64,000 nt of DNA from Actinomycetota bacterium (GTDB taxonomy: Bacteria > Actinomycetota > CADDZG01 > JAHWKV01). The notes beneath the pieces are model-generated. The model ran no database searches. It saw nothing but the letters and a program-made list of their open reading frames with translations, and was not told the origin of the DNA. Shown here one piece after another: positions 33,753 to 45,831 of this stretch (positions are counted from its first letter, which is position 1; each line of letters opens with the position of its first letter). The stretch spans positions 268,738-332,737 of the forward strand of contig JAUJPC010000003.1 in NCBI GenBank assembly GCA_030447305.1, in the 5' to 3' direction. The position numbers and the translations under genes were made by a program.

Positions 33753-34916
33753 ATGAGCAATCGGAGCGACGAACATGCCGGCAAGGGGGCGACCATCGCC
33801 CTGTGCCATGAGTGGCTCCGTTTCCGCCACGGCAGCGAGAAAACGTTCGAGCAGATGGCTAAGGTGTTCCCCGACGCCGACATCTTCTCGCTGACCTACA
33901 ACCCTAAAGCGGGACTGGACTTCCCCGGCCGGCAGGTGAATACGACATTTTTGGACCGAATCGCCCCACTGAAGGACCGCCACGCGGTCCAGCTACCGAT
34001 GATGCCGCTGGCCTGGCGATACGCCACTCGCAAAAGGTACGACCTGGTAGTGTCGTCCAGCCACGCCTGCGCAAAGGGTTTCTGGCCGGGTCGCTCGGCG
34101 CTGCACCTTTGTTACTGCTACACGCCGATGCGCTACGTATGGCTGTCGGACCTGGACCGGCGCCGGCGGCCGAACCCCATCAGCCGGATCGGGGAGCGGG
34201 CCTTTCGTTGGTGGGACCTGCACTCGGTAGGGTGGGTCGACCAGTTCGCCGCCATCTCCAACGAGGTTGCCCGGCGGATAGACTGCTACTATTCCCGTCC
34301 GGCGCGGGTAATCTACCCGCCGGTAGCCACCGATTTTTATACTCCCGGGGATCCTTCTGAGAAGAAGGACTTCGTTCTAGTCGTGTCCCGCCTCGTGCCG
34401 TACAAGAGGCTGGATCTTGCCATCCGCTCCTCTGCGGCCGTGGGCAGCCCCCTGGTCATTGCAGGCTGGGGCCCGCAGGAAGCGGCTCTCAGGGACCTGG
34501 CCGGGAGCGTCGGAGCTCGCGTGGAGTTCATCACTAACCCCACCGACCTGATGCTCCGGGATTTGTTCCGTTCAGCCCGGCTCACGGTGTTTCCGGCCGA
34601 GGAAGACTTCGGCATCGTGGCGGTGGAGTCGCAGGCATGTGGCACCCCGGTGGTCGCCCTTGGGCGGGGTGGAAGCCTGGAAACCGTGGTCGACGGGGTG
34701 ACCGGCGTGCACATCTCAGAGCAGACCACCGAGGACCTGGTCGACGGAATCAAAGTCGTTTACGACACCGACATGAACCCCGAGGATTGCCGCAGCAATG
34801 CCCAGCGGTTCTCGACCGAGAACTTCCAGCGGCAGTTCAAGGAGTGGGTGGAGTCGGCCGCAGCCGAGGCGGGCATCGACCTGAGTCTTGCCGGCGAGGA
34901 GACCCCAGCTCACTGA
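33753..34916 (+). CDS. GT4-family (group 1) glycosyltransferase
   Basis: …LTVFPAEEDFGIVAVESQACGTPVVALGRGGSLETVVDGVTG… Divergently oriented to the preceding GT4. Confidence 0.8.
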   Translation: MSNRSDEHAGKGATIALCHEWLRFRHGSEKTFEQMAKVFPDADIFSLTYNPKAGLDFPGRQVNTTFLDRIAPLKDRHAVQLPMMPLAWRYATRKRYDLVVSSSHACAKGFWPGRSALHLCYCYTPMRYVWLSDLDRRRRPNPISRIGERAFRWWDLHSVGWVDQFAAISNEVARRIDCYYSRPARVIYPPVATDFYTPGDPSEKKDFVLVVSRLVPYKRLDLAIRSSAAVGSPLVIAGWGPQEAALRDLAGSVGARVEFITNPTDLMLRDLFRSARLTVFPAEEDFGIVAVESQACGTPVVALGRGGSLETVVDGVTGVHISEQTTEDLVDGIKVVYDTDMNPEDCRSNAQRFSTENFQRQFKEWVESAAAEAGIDLSLAGEETPAH

Positions 34917-34966
34917 CGTAAGGCTATTGGTGTCTCCTTTTGTAAAGGGGCAAGACCCCCGGACGC

Positions 34967-35995
34967 CTAATTCAGTCTGTTCAGATAATCGTTAGAAAAC
35001 AGCTCAACAGAGATGTCGCCACCGACCGGCATCGCGAATACTCCATGCGGCGATATTGCGAGCCTGTTGTACCGCCCCCTCGCCGACCATACTAAGACGA
35101 GGCTCACTGCCGTGAATGTGGCCACCGCTACGAAAAGAGGCACCAGGCTCAAGGTGAGGGCGCCGATGCCCGCCGCAGCGCCCGCAAATAAGCTGGTGAT
35201 TCCGTGCAGCTGGGCGGTTTCGCGGGGACTGAAGCCCGCCTCGACCAGACGATGCGACAGGTGATCGGTTCCTCCAGTGATGTCGAGAGGTGAGCTGCCT
35301 GACGCCCACCGCGAGAGTTGCCGGGGTGGCCGTATCCATGAACGGCACGGCAAAGATCACGATTGCAGCCAAGAAGTTGTCTGGGGGCTGGAAGCCGGCA
35401 TCAATGGTCAGCGCCATACCACTCAGCACGAGTCCGACGAACAGTGAACCGGCGTCTCCCAGATAAGCCCTGGGCCGGACAAAGTTGAAACACAGGAAGG
35501 CAGCGGCAGCAGCACCGATGCAAGTCGCCAGCATGGCGAACTCCATTTGGTTACTGCCAGCGCCAAAGCCGTTATACCAAAGGCGACTGCTACGGCGGTG
35601 GTTCCCGCAACGCCGTCCATGTTATCTATGAGATTGAAGGCGTTAATCCCCGCCACCAGGAACACCACGGTTATCAGGGCGTCAACCCACATCGGTCCCG
35701 TGCTGTAGGCACTGACGCCCAACCTCCAAGCGCCGGCGGCTATGACCACCTCGACAATCACTCTCGTATGAGGCGTAAGGCCATTTCTAGCTGAGAGCCT
35801 GTCGTCTATGAAGCCCAGTATCAGGACTGCAACGCCCGCGAGCAGGATCGTACGAACCGTTTGGTTCGAGTCGCTGAGAAGAAAAAAGGCGGCAATGGAT
35901 GTTTCGGCCAGTGTGGGTCCGCCGAGAAAAGTGATGTGCGACTCTGAACGACTGAAGAGCCTGGGTTTTACCACCAAGCCGAGCCGTCTGCCCAA
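34967..35995 (-). pseudogene. second MraY/WecA-type HexNAc-1-P transferase (paralog of the N-terminal domain of the 19847..22744 gene), split across three frames
   Basis: The three segments are 35995→~35570 (…LVAGINAFNLIDNMDGVAGTTAVAVAFG…), 35546→~35330 (…FLCFNFVRPRAYLGDAGSLFVGLVLSG…) and 35353→34967 (…ITGGTDHLSHRLVEAGFSPRETAQLHG…). Together they reconstitute one PNPT. Confidence 0.6.
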
Positions 35996-36462
35996 TGCTA
36001 TTGATAGGCGGGTTGCAATCAGGCCCGCAAAAAAGTAGATACAACCGCCATTCCGACGGTCGAGAGTTCGGTGGAATCCACATTAAGGACGGCCCGATCT
36101 GTTGTGAGCGGCAGAAGACCGGAGGAGCAAAGGCGTTTTGAACTCAAAAGGCCTTGAGGGATGGATTCTTTCCTCAGATGAAGCGTAGGGGAGGTAAGAT
36201 CTATGGACGGCCTCAGGCCGGTCGACTCGATTGACCGTGCTTGGGCTCCAATGTTACCGTTGACGATCTGTGCGTGAACCCTTTCGGGGACTTCACGTAC
36301 CCCGAAGCGCATCTGGTACCGGGTTAAGAACGAGCACCCAAGCGGGTGCGGAGTTTCCGGAGCCGGTGCACCGATTAGCGGATTCACCCTGAACGCCGCG
36401 TTCTTCCCGACATGTTCCGGGGTTGACCGCGACAGCAACAAACAAAGAAGGACACCAAAGGT

Positions 36463-37301
<839 letters not shown>

Positions 37302-37358
37302 GGAGCTAACAGATTTGACGGAGCGGACCGGTTGACCATGCACGCTTAGCGGCAGTGC

Positions 37359-37391
37359 TATGACCAACCGGCCGGGAATTCTCCCGGCCGC
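37359..37391 (+). terminator. intrinsic terminator/attenuator-like hairpin between rpsG and fusA (CGGCCGGGAATTCTCCCGGCCG + CTTTGTTTCTT)
   Basis: 10-bp GC-rich stem with short loop and downstream T-rich run, inside the str operon. Confidence 0.45.
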
Positions 37392-37425
37392 TTTGTTTCT
37401 TGAGAACTGAACAGACGGTGAAGAG

Positions 37426-39564
37426 ATGACTAACAAAGTTATGGACAAAAGAGAAGCGATCCAGACGAAGCAGAAGGTCTCCGCAATCCGTGAGATCCCG
37501 CTGAGCCGTACCCGAAACATCGGGATCATGGCTCACATCGACGCGGGCAAGACCACCACCACCGAGCGAATCCTTTATTACACGGGCCGCACCTACAAGA
37601 TTGGAGAGGTTCACGACGGCGCCGCGGTCATGGACTGGATGGTGCAGGAGCAGGAGCGTGGCATCACCATCACCTCCGCCGCCACCACCGCCAGGTGGAA
37701 GAACCATGTAATCAACATCATCGACACCCCCGGCCACGTGGACTTCACGGTTGAGGTAGAGCGGTCCCTTCGAGTTCTCGACGGGGCCGTTGCTGTGTTT
37801 GACGCCGTTTCCGGCGTCGAGCCGCAGACCGAGACCGTCTGGCGCCAGGCCGACAAGTTCCGGGTGCCCCGGATCTGCTTCGTCAACAAGATGGACCGCG
37901 TTGGCGCCGACTTCTTCGCCGCGGTCGAGAGCATGCGGGAGCGCCTGGGTGCTCATCCGCTGCCCATCCAGATCCCGTGGGGCCACGAGTCCGAGCTCCG
38001 AGGGGTCATCGACCTCGTGGAGATGAAGGGCTATTACTGGACCACCGAGGCTGGCGAGGAGTATGAGATTCGCGAGATCCCCGAAGAGCTGAAGGCCGAC
38101 GCCGAGCACTGGCGCCACGAGCTGTACGAGGCGCTGGCCGAGTTCGACGACGAGGTCATGGAGGCCTATATCCACGGCCACGAGGCGTCCAACGAGCACC
38201 TTCGCAAGGCACTGCGAGACGCCACCCTGGCCAACGAGTGCCAGCCGGCGCTGTGCGGATCCGCCTTCAAGAACAAGGGTGTGCAGCCGCTGCTGGACGC
38301 GGTGGTTGCCTACCTTCCCTCCCCGGTGGATGTTGCCCCGGTGAGCGGCGAGGTGCCCCGGACCGGCGACACGGTTGAGCGGGCCCCCTCCGACGAGGAG
38401 CCGTTCTCAGCCCTGGCCTTCAAGATCATGAGCGACCCCCACGTGGGCAGGATCACCTACATGCGGGTGTACTCGGGAGTCATGCGCAGCGGTGGTGCTC
38501 TGCTCAACTCCACCCGGGACCGCAAGGAGCGGGCCGGCCGGTTGCTGCAGATGCACGCCAACCACCGCGAGGACCTGTCGGCCTGCATGACCGGCGACAT
38601 CGTCGCCGTCGTCGGCCTGCGACACACGCTGACCGGTGACACGCTGTGCGACCCGGAATACCCGATCATGCTGGAGTCGCCAATCTTCGCAGCGCCGGTC
38701 ATACAGCTGGCGATCGAGCCCAAGACCAAGATGGACCAGGACAAGCTGGGCAATGCCCTGCACCGCCTGAGTGAGGAAGACCCGACCTTCAAGATCCACA
38801 CCGACGAGGAGACCGGCCAGACGATCATCGCCGGCATGGGCGAGCTCCACCTGGAGGTTCTGGTGGACCGGCTGACCCGGGAGTTCAACGTCGACGCCAA
38901 CGTCGGCCGGCCCCAGGTCGCCTACCGTGAATCCATCACCACCACCGTGCCCCGCCACATCACCCGCTACATCAAGCAGACGGGCGGTAAGGGGCAGTTT
39001 GCACACGTGGAGATCGCACTGGAGCCCATGGGCCCCGGCGGCGGCTACGAGTTCGTGAACAAGATCAAGGGCGGCGCCATCCCCACCGAGTACATCGGCT
39101 CGGTGGACCAGGGCATCCAGGAGTCGATGGCTTCGGGGGTTCTGGCCGGCTACCCGCTGGTCGACGTGCGGGCCACCCTGACCGACGGTAGCTTCCACGA
39201 GGTGGACTCCTCCGAGATGGCGTTCAAGATCGCCGGTTCCATGGCACTGAAGGAAGCCGCCCGCAAGGCGGACCCGCAGCTGCTCGAGCCCGTCATGGAG
39301 GTTGAGGTGTCGACGCCCGAGCAGTTCATGGGCGATGTCATCGGTGACCTCAACTCCAGGCGCGGCCGCATCGAGAAGATGGACAGCCGGGGCACCCTGC
39401 AGATCATCCGGGCTCAGGTGCCGCTGTCGCAGATGTTCGGATACGCAACCGACCTGCGAAGCAGCACCCAGGGGCGTGCAACTTACACCATGCAGTTCCA
39501 CTCCTATCAAGCGGTCCCCAAAGCTCAGGCGGAAGAGATCGTTAAAAAAGTTCGCGGCGAGTAA
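37426..39564 (+). CDS. fusA: elongation factor G
   Basis: 712 aa; G-domain [21 protein letters not shown], plus domains II-V. Confidence 0.97.
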   Translation: MTNKVMDKREAIQTKQKVSAIREIPLSRTRNIGIMAHIDAGKTTTTERILYYTGRTYKIGEVHDGAAVMDWMVQEQERGITITSAATTARWKNHVINIIDTPGHVDFTVEVERSLRVLDGAVAVFDAVSGVEPQTETVWRQADKFRVPRICFVNKMDRVGADFFAAVESMRERLGAHPLPIQIPWGHESELRGVIDLVEMKGYYWTTEAGEEYEIREIPEELKADAEHWRHELYEALAEFDDEVMEAYIHGHEASNEHLRKALRDATLANECQPALCGSAFKNKGVQPLLDAVVAYLPSPVDVAPVSGEVPRTGDTVERAPSDEEPFSALAFKIMSDPHVGRITYMRVYSGVMRSGGALLNSTRDRKERAGRLLQMHANHREDLSACMTGDIVAVVGLRHTLTGDTLCDPEYPIMLESPIFAAPVIQLAIEPKTKMDQDKLGNALHRLSEEDPTFKIHTDEETGQTIIAGMGELHLEVLVDRLTREFNVDANVGRPQVAYRESITTTVPRHITRYIKQTGGKGQFAHVEIALEPMGPGGGYEFVNKIKGGAIPTEYIGSVDQGIQESMASGVLAGYPLVDVRATLTDGSFHEVDSSEMAFKIAGSMALKEAARKADPQLLEPVMEVEVSTPEQFMGDVIGDLNSRRGRIEKMDSRGTLQIIRAQVPLSQMFGYATDLRSSTQGRATYTMQFHSYQAVPKAQAEEIVKKVRGE

Positions 39565-39575
39565 GGACACTATCG

Positions 39576-39887
39576 ATGGCAGCGGGACAGAGGATAAGAA
39601 TCAAGCTCAAGGCCTATCACCACGAGGTGATAGACCAGAGCGCTCGCAAGATAGTGGACACGGTTACGCGCACCGGCGCCTCGGTGCACGGCCCGGTTCC
39701 GCTGCCCACCCGCATCGAGAAGTTTGCGGTGATCCGGTCCCCGTTCAAGGACAAGGACTCCCGCGAGCACTTCGAGATGCGTACTCACAAGCGGATCATC
39801 GACATCGTGGACCCCACGCCCAAGACGGTGGACAGCCTTATGCGGCTGGACCTGCCGGCCGGCGTCGACATCGAGATAAAGCTATGA
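39576..39887 (+). CDS. rpsJ: 30S ribosomal protein S10
   Basis: 103 aa; [25 protein letters not shown]…; starts 11 nt after the fusA stop. Confidence 0.97.
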   Translation: MAAGQRIRIKLKAYHHEVIDQSARKIVDTVTRTGASVHGPVPLPTRIEKFAVIRSPFKDKDSREHFEMRTHKRIIDIVDPTPKTVDSLMRLDLPAGVDIEIKL

Positions 39888-39889
39888 CT

Positions 39890-39963
39890 GAGCGAACGAA
39901 GAGAGCGAATCCAAGCCTTGCCTTTTCCGGTCTACCGACCGAGCGAAGCGAGGGAGTGTAGCC
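39890..39963 (+). repeat. copy 1 of a ~65-nt conserved leader element (core GCGAATCCAAGCCTTGCCTTTTCCGGTC) immediately upstream of rplC
   Basis: 28-nt core identical to the rpsD-leader copy, and flanks similar (GAGCGAA… …GACCGAGCGAAGCGAGGGAGTGTAGCC-GTG). Confidence 0.6.
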
Positions 39964-40608
39964 GTGGCTGAAATCACCAAGGGCATCCTGGGTCGAAAGA
40001 TCGGCATGACGCAGGTCTTCGACGACAAGTCTAGAGTCGTGCCGGTTACCGTCATCCAGGTGGACCGTTGCCGGGTCTCGGGGGTTCGCACGCCCGAGAA
40101 GGACGGGTACTCCGCCATTCAGATGGCGTTCGGCGAGGTCAACGAGAAGCATCTGTCCAAGCCGGAGGCCGGACACCTGAAGACCGCCGGTGTCCCGCTG
40201 GCCCGCCATCTGGTGGAGCTGCGGCTGAAGGACACTTCCAACTTCACCGTCGGCCAGGAGCTGAAGGCGGACCTGTTCGCCAAGGGCGAGCGCGCCGACG
40301 TGGTGGGCGTGTCCAAGGGCAAGGGCTTCGCCGGAGTCATGAAGCGCCACAACTTCAAGGGCAAGTCGGCATCGCACGGGACGCAGCGCAAGCATCGCTC
40401 GCCCGGCTCCATCGGCGCCTGCGCCACCCCCTCGCGGGTGTTCAAAGGCATGCGGATGGCGGGGCACATGGGCCACCAGAGGGTCACGATGCTGAACCTC
40501 GAGGTGGTGGACTCCGATCCCGACAAGGACCTTCTGCTGATCCGGGGTGCGGTGCCCGGCCCCAACGGCGGCCTGGTCCTGGTCCGCTCGACCAACAGGG
40601 GTGCTTGA
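39964..40608 (+). CDS. rplC: 50S ribosomal protein L3
   Basis: GTG start; …[16 protein letters not shown]…. Confidence 0.95.
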   Translation: MAEITKGILGRKIGMTQVFDDKSRVVPVTVIQVDRCRVSGVRTPEKDGYSAIQMAFGEVNEKHLSKPEAGHLKTAGVPLARHLVELRLKDTSNFTVGQELKADLFAKGERADVVGVSKGKGFAGVMKRHNFKGKSASHGTQRKHRSPGSIGACATPSRVFKGMRMAGHMGHQRVTMLNLEVVDSDPDKDLLLIRGAVPGPNGGLVLVRSTNRGA

Positions 40609-41282
40609 TGGCTGAAACGACCCAGGCAGCTCCGAAGGCTCCACTTTACGGCGCCGACGGCACGCAAGCCGGCGACTTTGACCTTCCCGACACCTACAAC
40701 GTTGAGCCGAACGTACCCGTGATGCATGCGGTGGTCAGGGCGCAGCGGGCTGCAGCCCGCGCCGGTACGCACTCCACCAAGACCCGTGCCGAGGTGCGGG
40801 GCGGCGGCGCTAAGCCCTGGCGGCAGAAGGGCACCGGCCGCGCCCGGCACGGCTCCATCCGTGAGCCGCAGTGGGTCGGAGGCGGTGTCGCCCACGGTCC
40901 CAAGCCGCGAGGTTACGACCAGCGAATCTCCAAGAAGGAGAAGGCGCTCGCACTGAACTCGGCGCTGACCGTCCGGGCCCGGGAGGGCGCGGTGAAGGTT
41001 GTGGAGCTCCCGACTTTCGAGAAGCCGGAGACACGCCGTGCGGTGAAGCTGCTGGAGCAGTGGGGCTGCGACGGCAAGGTGCTGCTGGTTGTCGGCTCCG
41101 AGCGCTTGGCGGACAACGCCTTTCTGTCGTTCCGGAACCTGGGCAACGTGCTGGTGGCGTCCTCGCCCACCGCATACTTCGTACTGGCCTCCGACACCGT
41201 GGTGATCGCAAAGTCGGCTCTTGAAGACGCCTCCACAAAGGCAGCGGCCCCCGAGGTCGCAAGCAAGGAGGCTGCCGAGTGA
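40608..41282 (+). CDS. rplD: 50S ribosomal protein L4
   Basis: ATG at 40608 overlapping the rplC stop (TGATG); …[19 protein letters not shown]…. Confidence 0.93.
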   Translation: MAETTQAAPKAPLYGADGTQAGDFDLPDTYNVEPNVPVMHAVVRAQRAAARAGTHSTKTRAEVRGGGAKPWRQKGTGRARHGSIREPQWVGGGVAHGPKPRGYDQRISKKEKALALNSALTVRAREGAVKVVELPTFEKPETRRAVKLLEQWGCDGKVLLVVGSERLADNAFLSFRNLGNVLVASSPTAYFVLASDTVVIAKSALEDASTKAAAPEVASKEAAE

Positions 41283-41563
41283 GCGCCCGCGACGTGATCC
41301 TGAAGCCGATAGTCAGCGAGAAGTCGTACTCGTTGATCGACGAGAACTCCTACACATTTTTGGTCCACCCCGACGCCAACAAGGTTCAGATCCGCCAAGC
41401 GGTCGAGGAGATCTGGGGAGTGAAGGTGCTGAAGGTCAACACCCAGAACCGCAGCGGGAAGGTCAAGGCCACCCGTTTGGGCAAGGGAAAGCGCAACAAC
41501 ACTCGCCGGGCGATTGTGAAACTCGCCGAAGGCGACAAGATCGAGCTGTTCGAGACGAGGTAG
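41279..41563 (+). CDS. rplW: 50S ribosomal protein L23
   Basis: 94 aa; …[36 protein letters not shown]…. Confidence 0.95.
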   Translation: MSARDVILKPIVSEKSYSLIDENSYTFLVHPDANKVQIRQAVEEIWGVKVLKVNTQNRSGKVKATRLGKGKRNNTRRAIVKLAEGDKIELFETR

Positions 41564-41573
41564 GGGATGGGCA

Positions 41574-42404
41574 ATGGGAGTACGTAAGTCAAGGCCGGTC
41601 ACTGCCGGCCGGCGCGGGATGTCGCACTCTACCTTTTCCGAGGTCACCCGCGACCACCCCGAGAAGAGCCTGGTCAAGCCCAACAACAAGAACGCCGGAC
41701 GCAACGTCCACGGCCGCATAACCACCCGGCACCAGGGTGGCGGCCACAAGCGCAAGTACCGGGTGATCGACTTCCGCCGCAACAAGGACGGCGTTCTGGC
41801 ACGGGTGGCACAGATCGAGTACGACCCGAACCGCAACGCCCGCCTGGCGCTGCTTCACTACGCCGACGGCGAGAAGCGCTACATCCTGTGGCCGAACAAG
41901 GTCAACGTGGGCGACCAGCTTATGAGCGGACCAGGCTCGGAGATTCGTCCCGGCAACGTTCTGGCGTTGGCCAACATCCCGCTCGGCACCGTGGTCCACA
42001 ATGTGGAGCTGACTCCCGGGGGCGGCGGCAAGATGGCCCGTTCGGCCGGAACGTCGGTGCAGCTGGTGGCCAGGGAGGGCAAGATGGCAACCCTGCGCCT
42101 GCCTTCGTCCGAGGTGCGGCGGGTCGGCGTCGACTGCCGGGCAACGATCGGCGAGGTGGGCAACGCCGAGTTCGAGCTGATCTCGGTGGGCAAGGCGGGA
42201 CGCGCACGCTGGAAGAACAAGCGGCCGAGCGTCCGCGGTGTGGCCATGAACCCGGTCGACCACCCCCTGGGTGGAGGCGAGGGCAAAGCCTCCGGCGGAC
42301 GCCACCCGACGTCTCCGTGGGGCAAGACCGAGGGCCGCACCCGCAGGGAGGGCAAATACTCAGACGACAGGATCCTGCGTCGTCGTGGAAGCAAGAGAGG
42401 TTAA
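41574..42404 (+). CDS. rplB: 50S ribosomal protein L2
   Basis: 276 aa; …[22 protein letters not shown]…HPLGGGEG…. Confidence 0.97.
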   Translation: MGVRKSRPVTAGRRGMSHSTFSEVTRDHPEKSLVKPNNKNAGRNVHGRITTRHQGGGHKRKYRVIDFRRNKDGVLARVAQIEYDPNRNARLALLHYADGEKRYILWPNKVNVGDQLMSGPGSEIRPGNVLALANIPLGTVVHNVELTPGGGGKMARSAGTSVQLVAREGKMATLRLPSSEVRRVGVDCRATIGEVGNAEFELISVGKAGRARWKNKRPSVRGVAMNPVDHPLGGGEGKASGGRHPTSPWGKTEGRTRREGKYSDDRILRRRGSKRG

Positions 42405-42407
42405 GAC

Positions 42408-42692
42408 GTGGCCAGATCGATGAAGAAGGGTCCCTTTGTGGACGATCATCTCCTGAAGAAGGTCGATGAGCAGAACAAGCGCGGAGAGAAGCGAGTGATC
42501 AAGACCTGGTCGCGTCGCTCCACCCTCATTCCCGACATGGTGGGCCACACGCTGGCGGTGCACGACGGACGCAAGCACGTCCCCGTGTATGTCACCGAGT
42601 CCATGATCGGCCACAAGCTCGGCGAGTTCGCCGTGACCCGGACCTTCCGGACCCACGGCCACCACACCGAGAAGTCGACGAGGCTCAAGTAA
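42408..42692 (+). CDS. rpsS: 30S ribosomal protein S19
   Basis: 94 aa; …[30 protein letters not shown]…. Confidence 0.97.
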   Translation: MARSMKKGPFVDDHLLKKVDEQNKRGEKRVIKTWSRRSTLIPDMVGHTLAVHDGRKHVPVYVTESMIGHKLGEFAVTRTFRTHGHHTEKSTRLK

Positions 42693-43366
42693 TGGCAAAG
42701 GCAGCTGTGCAGACATACAAGGCCGGGGCGAAGTTTGTTCGCATCAGCCCGTACAAGGTGCGCGAGGTGGCGGCCATAATCAAGGGCAAGCACGTAGACG
42801 AGGCCCGCCGCATCCTGGCATTCACTCCGAAGGCTGCCAGCTCGGAGATGAACAAGATCCTCGAGAGCGCCATCGCCAACGCCGAGCACAACTTCCAGGT
42901 GCCACAGGAAGAGCTGTTCGTGAGGTTTGTGTCGGCCGACGAAGGTGTCACCATCAAGCGGTTCCGGCCGAGGGCCCAGGGCCGCGGTTTTCGGATTCGC
43001 AAGCGCACGTCGCACATCCAGCTCGAGCTGGAGCGCCGGCAGCCGGCGACGGTCGAACGGCCGCGGCGAGCCACCCGGCGAGGACCAGCCGGCCAGCCCC
43101 CGCCGAAGGGTGGATCGAATAAGCCGAAAGGCGGATCGAATAAGCCGAAGGGCGCGACCCGGCCGGCCACCCCCAAGGGCGGATCGCGCTCCGATGCGAC
43201 GACGAAGGGAAGCGCTCAGTCGAAGGGCGGCTCCAAGCCCAAGTCCGTGGAAGCCGAGAACAAGGGCGCCGCAACGCCCAAGCGTAGACCGGCCAAGACC
43301 AAGGCAACAACCTCCGAGAAGAAGGCGTCCACCGGGCGCCCCACCAAGACCAAAGAAGGTAACTGA
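42692..43366 (+). CDS. rplV: 50S ribosomal protein L22 with ~110-aa basic low-complexity C-terminal extension
   Basis: The L22 core spans residues 1-110. The tail contains a 2x21-bp DNA tandem repeat (43109-43150) encoding [14 protein letters not shown]. Confidence 0.93.
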   Translation: MAKAAVQTYKAGAKFVRISPYKVREVAAIIKGKHVDEARRILAFTPKAASSEMNKILESAIANAEHNFQVPQEELFVRFVSADEGVTIKRFRPRAQGRGFRIRKRTSHIQLELERRQPATVERPRRATRRGPAGQPPPKGGSNKPKGGSNKPKGATRPATPKGGSRSDATTKGSAQSKGGSKPKSVEAENKGAATPKRRPAKTKATTSEKKASTGRPTKTKEGN

Positions 43367-44421
43367 TGGGTCAGAAGGTACATCCGTACGGGCTGCGGCT
43401 CGGAATCACCACCGACTGGAAGTCGCGCTGGTTTGCCGACGGTGCCCAGTACCGCAACTACGTCGAGCAAGACGCCAAGATCCGGCACTATCTGAAGAAT
43501 TTGCTACCGCACGCAGCCATCGGCCGCCTGGAGATCGAGCGGACCCGAGAGCGCGTCCGGGTGACGGTTCACACCGCCCGGCCGGGCATCGTCATCGGTC
43601 GCCGGGGTGCGCAAGCCGACGAGATCCGGGGGTACCTGGAGAAGATGGAGTCCAGGGCAGCGCGTGCGCAGACCGGCAAGGACGTCAACGTGCAGGTCAA
43701 CCTGGACATAGTCGAGGTCAAGACCCCCGACGCCGACGCCCAGCTCCTCTCCCAGGCCATAGCCGAGCAGCTGAGCTCCCGGGTGTCGTTCCGCCGGGCT
43801 ATGCGCAAGGCGGTCAACACTGCGATGAAGGCCGGGGCTCTGGGCGTCAAGGTTCAGACGTCCGGTCGCCTGGGCGGCACCGAGATGAGCCGGCGTGAGG
43901 GATACCACGAGGGCAAGGTTCCCCTGCACACATTGCGGGCCGACATCGACTACGGGTTCTCCGAAGCGGCGACCGTAGCCGGACAGATCGGCGTGAAGGT
44001 CTGGATCTACAAGGGCGAGGTCATCAAGCACTCCGGTCGTCCCGGTGCCGCGGCACCTGCGGCAGCTGCTCCGCCGGCTCCGCCTGCCGGAAGGCAGGGC
44101 GGCGGAGGACGGGGACGTTCCGGGGGTGGCGGCCGTGCCGGCGGACAACGCCCTGCAGGCGGGCCGACGAGCAGCCCGTCCGGGTCCCGGTCGTTCTCGC
44201 CGGGCGCTCCTGCGCCTCAGACCCAGTCTTTCTCACCCACCGACTCCCCGCCGGGCGCCCCGGCCCCTGCGGCGGCTCCCGCACCGGCAGGTCCCGAGGC
44301 GGGGACCGACGCCCCGCCGGTTGTTGTCCCGGCCCCTGCAGCTCCCGAGCCGGCACCCCCCGACGCGGCTTCAACCGGCACCCCCGGGCCTGAGGCCAAC
44401 GGAACCGGAGGTTCCTCCTAA
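43366..44421 (+). CDS. rpsC: 30S ribosomal protein S3 with ~120-aa Pro/Ala/Gly-rich C-terminal extension
   Basis: KH and S3-C domains up to ~residue 230, then a [10 protein letters not shown]…-type tail. Confidence 0.93.
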   Translation: MGQKVHPYGLRLGITTDWKSRWFADGAQYRNYVEQDAKIRHYLKNLLPHAAIGRLEIERTRERVRVTVHTARPGIVIGRRGAQADEIRGYLEKMESRAARAQTGKDVNVQVNLDIVEVKTPDADAQLLSQAIAEQLSSRVSFRRAMRKAVNTAMKAGALGVKVQTSGRLGGTEMSRREGYHEGKVPLHTLRADIDYGFSEAATVAGQIGVKVWIYKGEVIKHSGRPGAAAPAAAAPPAPPAGRQGGGGRGRSGGGGRAGGQRPAGGPTSSPSGSRSFSPGAPAPQTQSFSPTDSPPGAPAPAAAPAPAGPEAGTDAPPVVVPAPAAPEPAPPDAASTGTPGPEANGTGGSS

Positions 44422-44846
44422 TGCTTTCCCCCCGCAGAGTTCGTCATCGCAAGGTCCACCGAGGCAGGCGCCGCGGCATGTCGAAGGGCGGCACAACGCT
44501 GAACTTCGGCGACTTTGGCCTGCAGGCTCTTGAGGCTGCCTGGATCACCAACCGGCAGATCGAGTCGGCCCGTGTCGCCATCACCCGTCACGTGAAGCGG
44601 GGTGGACGGGTGTGGATCAACATCTTTCCGGACAAGCCCTACACGAAGAAGCCCGCCGAGACCCGGATGGGCTCCGGTAAGGGCAACCCCGAGGGGTGGG
44701 TGGCTGTGGTCAAGCCCGGCCGCGTCATGTTCGAGCTGACCGGCGTCCCCGAAGACGTCGCAAAGGAGGCCATGAGGCTGGCCGGCCACAAGCTGCCGAT
44801 CAAAACCAAGTTCGTGACCCGTGACAGCCAGGGGCAGGCCGTATGA
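44421..44846 (+). CDS. rplP: 50S ribosomal protein L16
   Basis: 141 aa; [19 protein letters not shown]…. Confidence 0.97.
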   Translation: MLSPRRVRHRKVHRGRRRGMSKGGTTLNFGDFGLQALEAAWITNRQIESARVAITRHVKRGGRVWINIFPDKPYTKKPAETRMGSGKGNPEGWVAVVKPGRVMFELTGVPEDVAKEAMRLAGHKLPIKTKFVTRDSQGQAV

Positions 44847-45139
44847 CCGTAGATGAGCTGAGGGACCTGAGCTCCTCCGATCTCAAAGAGCGGCTGGAGG
44901 AAGTGAAGGAGGAGTTCTTCAACCTTCGTTTCCAAAACGCCACCGGACAGCTGGAGAACTTCGCCCAGATGAAACTGGTCAAGCGCGAGATCGCCCGGAT
45001 CAACACGCTGGTGCACGAGCGGGAGCTGGGGATAGAGATCGAGCCAAAGCCCCAAAAACAGGCCAAGGCCAAGGCCAAGAAGGAACGCAGCCGCAAGGCC
45101 AAGGCCGATAAGGCCGATGACGATGCAGGAGAAGACTGA
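44843..45139 (+). CDS. rpmC: 50S ribosomal protein L29 with Lys/Ala-rich C-terminal tail
   Basis: L29 helix-hairpin core (…[28 protein letters not shown]…) plus ~30-aa KAKAKKE tail. Confidence 0.9.
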   Translation: MTVDELRDLSSSDLKERLEEVKEEFFNLRFQNATGQLENFAQMKLVKREIARINTLVHERELGIEIEPKPQKQAKAKAKKERSRKAKADKADDDAGED

Positions 45140-45399
45140 TGGGTGAAGAGCGGCCGCAACGTAAGACGAGGACCGGTTTTGTCGTGAGCGACAAGATGGA
45201 CAAGACGGTGGTGGTGAACACGATTCAAACCGTGCGGCACCCGCTGTACTCGAAGATCTACAAGCGCAACGTGAAGCTGTACGCCCACGACGAGGCCAAC
45301 GACGCCAGGGTCGGAGACAAGGTAGTGGTCTCGGAGACCCGGCCGCTTTCCAAGTCCAAGCGCTGGAGGGTTGTTGAAGTGGTGGAGCGCGCCAAGTGA
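45139..45399 (+). CDS. rpsQ: 30S ribosomal protein S17
   Basis: 86 aa; …[18 protein letters not shown]…. Confidence 0.95.
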   Translation: MGEERPQRKTRTGFVVSDKMDKTVVVNTIQTVRHPLYSKIYKRNVKLYAHDEANDARVGDKVVVSETRPLSKSKRWRVVEVVERAK

Positions 45400-45764
45400 T
45401 TCAGGCAGAGAGTAGATGCAAGGTCGCCGACAACACCGGCGCGCGGGAGGTCCTTATCATCAAGGTCCTCGGTGGCTCCCGCAGACGCTACGCGTCGGTG
45501 GGCGACGTCGTGATGGCAACGGTGAAGGACGCTCTGCCCAACCAGCAGGTCAAGCGGGGCGACGTCGTGAAGTGCGTTGTGGTACGGACCGCCAAGGAGA
45601 AGCGGCGGCCGGACGGCAGCTACATTAAGTTTGACCAGAACGCAGTGGTGATCATCAACGAGCAGCGCAACCCCCGTGGAACCCGCGTCTTCGGCCCCGT
45701 GGCCCGGGAGCTGAGGGACCGCAAGTTCATGAAGATCATCTCCCTAGCACCGGAGGTGCTCTAG
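45396..45764 (+). CDS. rplN: 50S ribosomal protein L14
   Basis: 122 aa; [18 protein letters not shown]…. Confidence 0.97.
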   Translation: MIQAESRCKVADNTGAREVLIIKVLGGSRRRYASVGDVVMATVKDALPNQQVKRGDVVKCVVVRTAKEKRRPDGSYIKFDQNAVVIINEQRNPRGTRVFGPVARELRDRKFMKIISLAPEVL

Positions 45765-45831
45765 TGGTGTCCGAGCTTTGCGACCGAAGCACCGGAGGTG
45801 TTTCTAAGATTAGATTGCCGGAGGTGTTGTA

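Noticed and set aside
42927-43898. 323-aa plus-strand ORF overlapping rplV/rpsC in another frame; similar alternate-frame ORFs at 48304..48729 (in rpsE), 692..937 (in rplA) and 19299..19898 (in the ZIP-like gene)
   Set aside because: They are alternate frames of bona fide genes with Arg/Pro-rich, non-protein-like translations.
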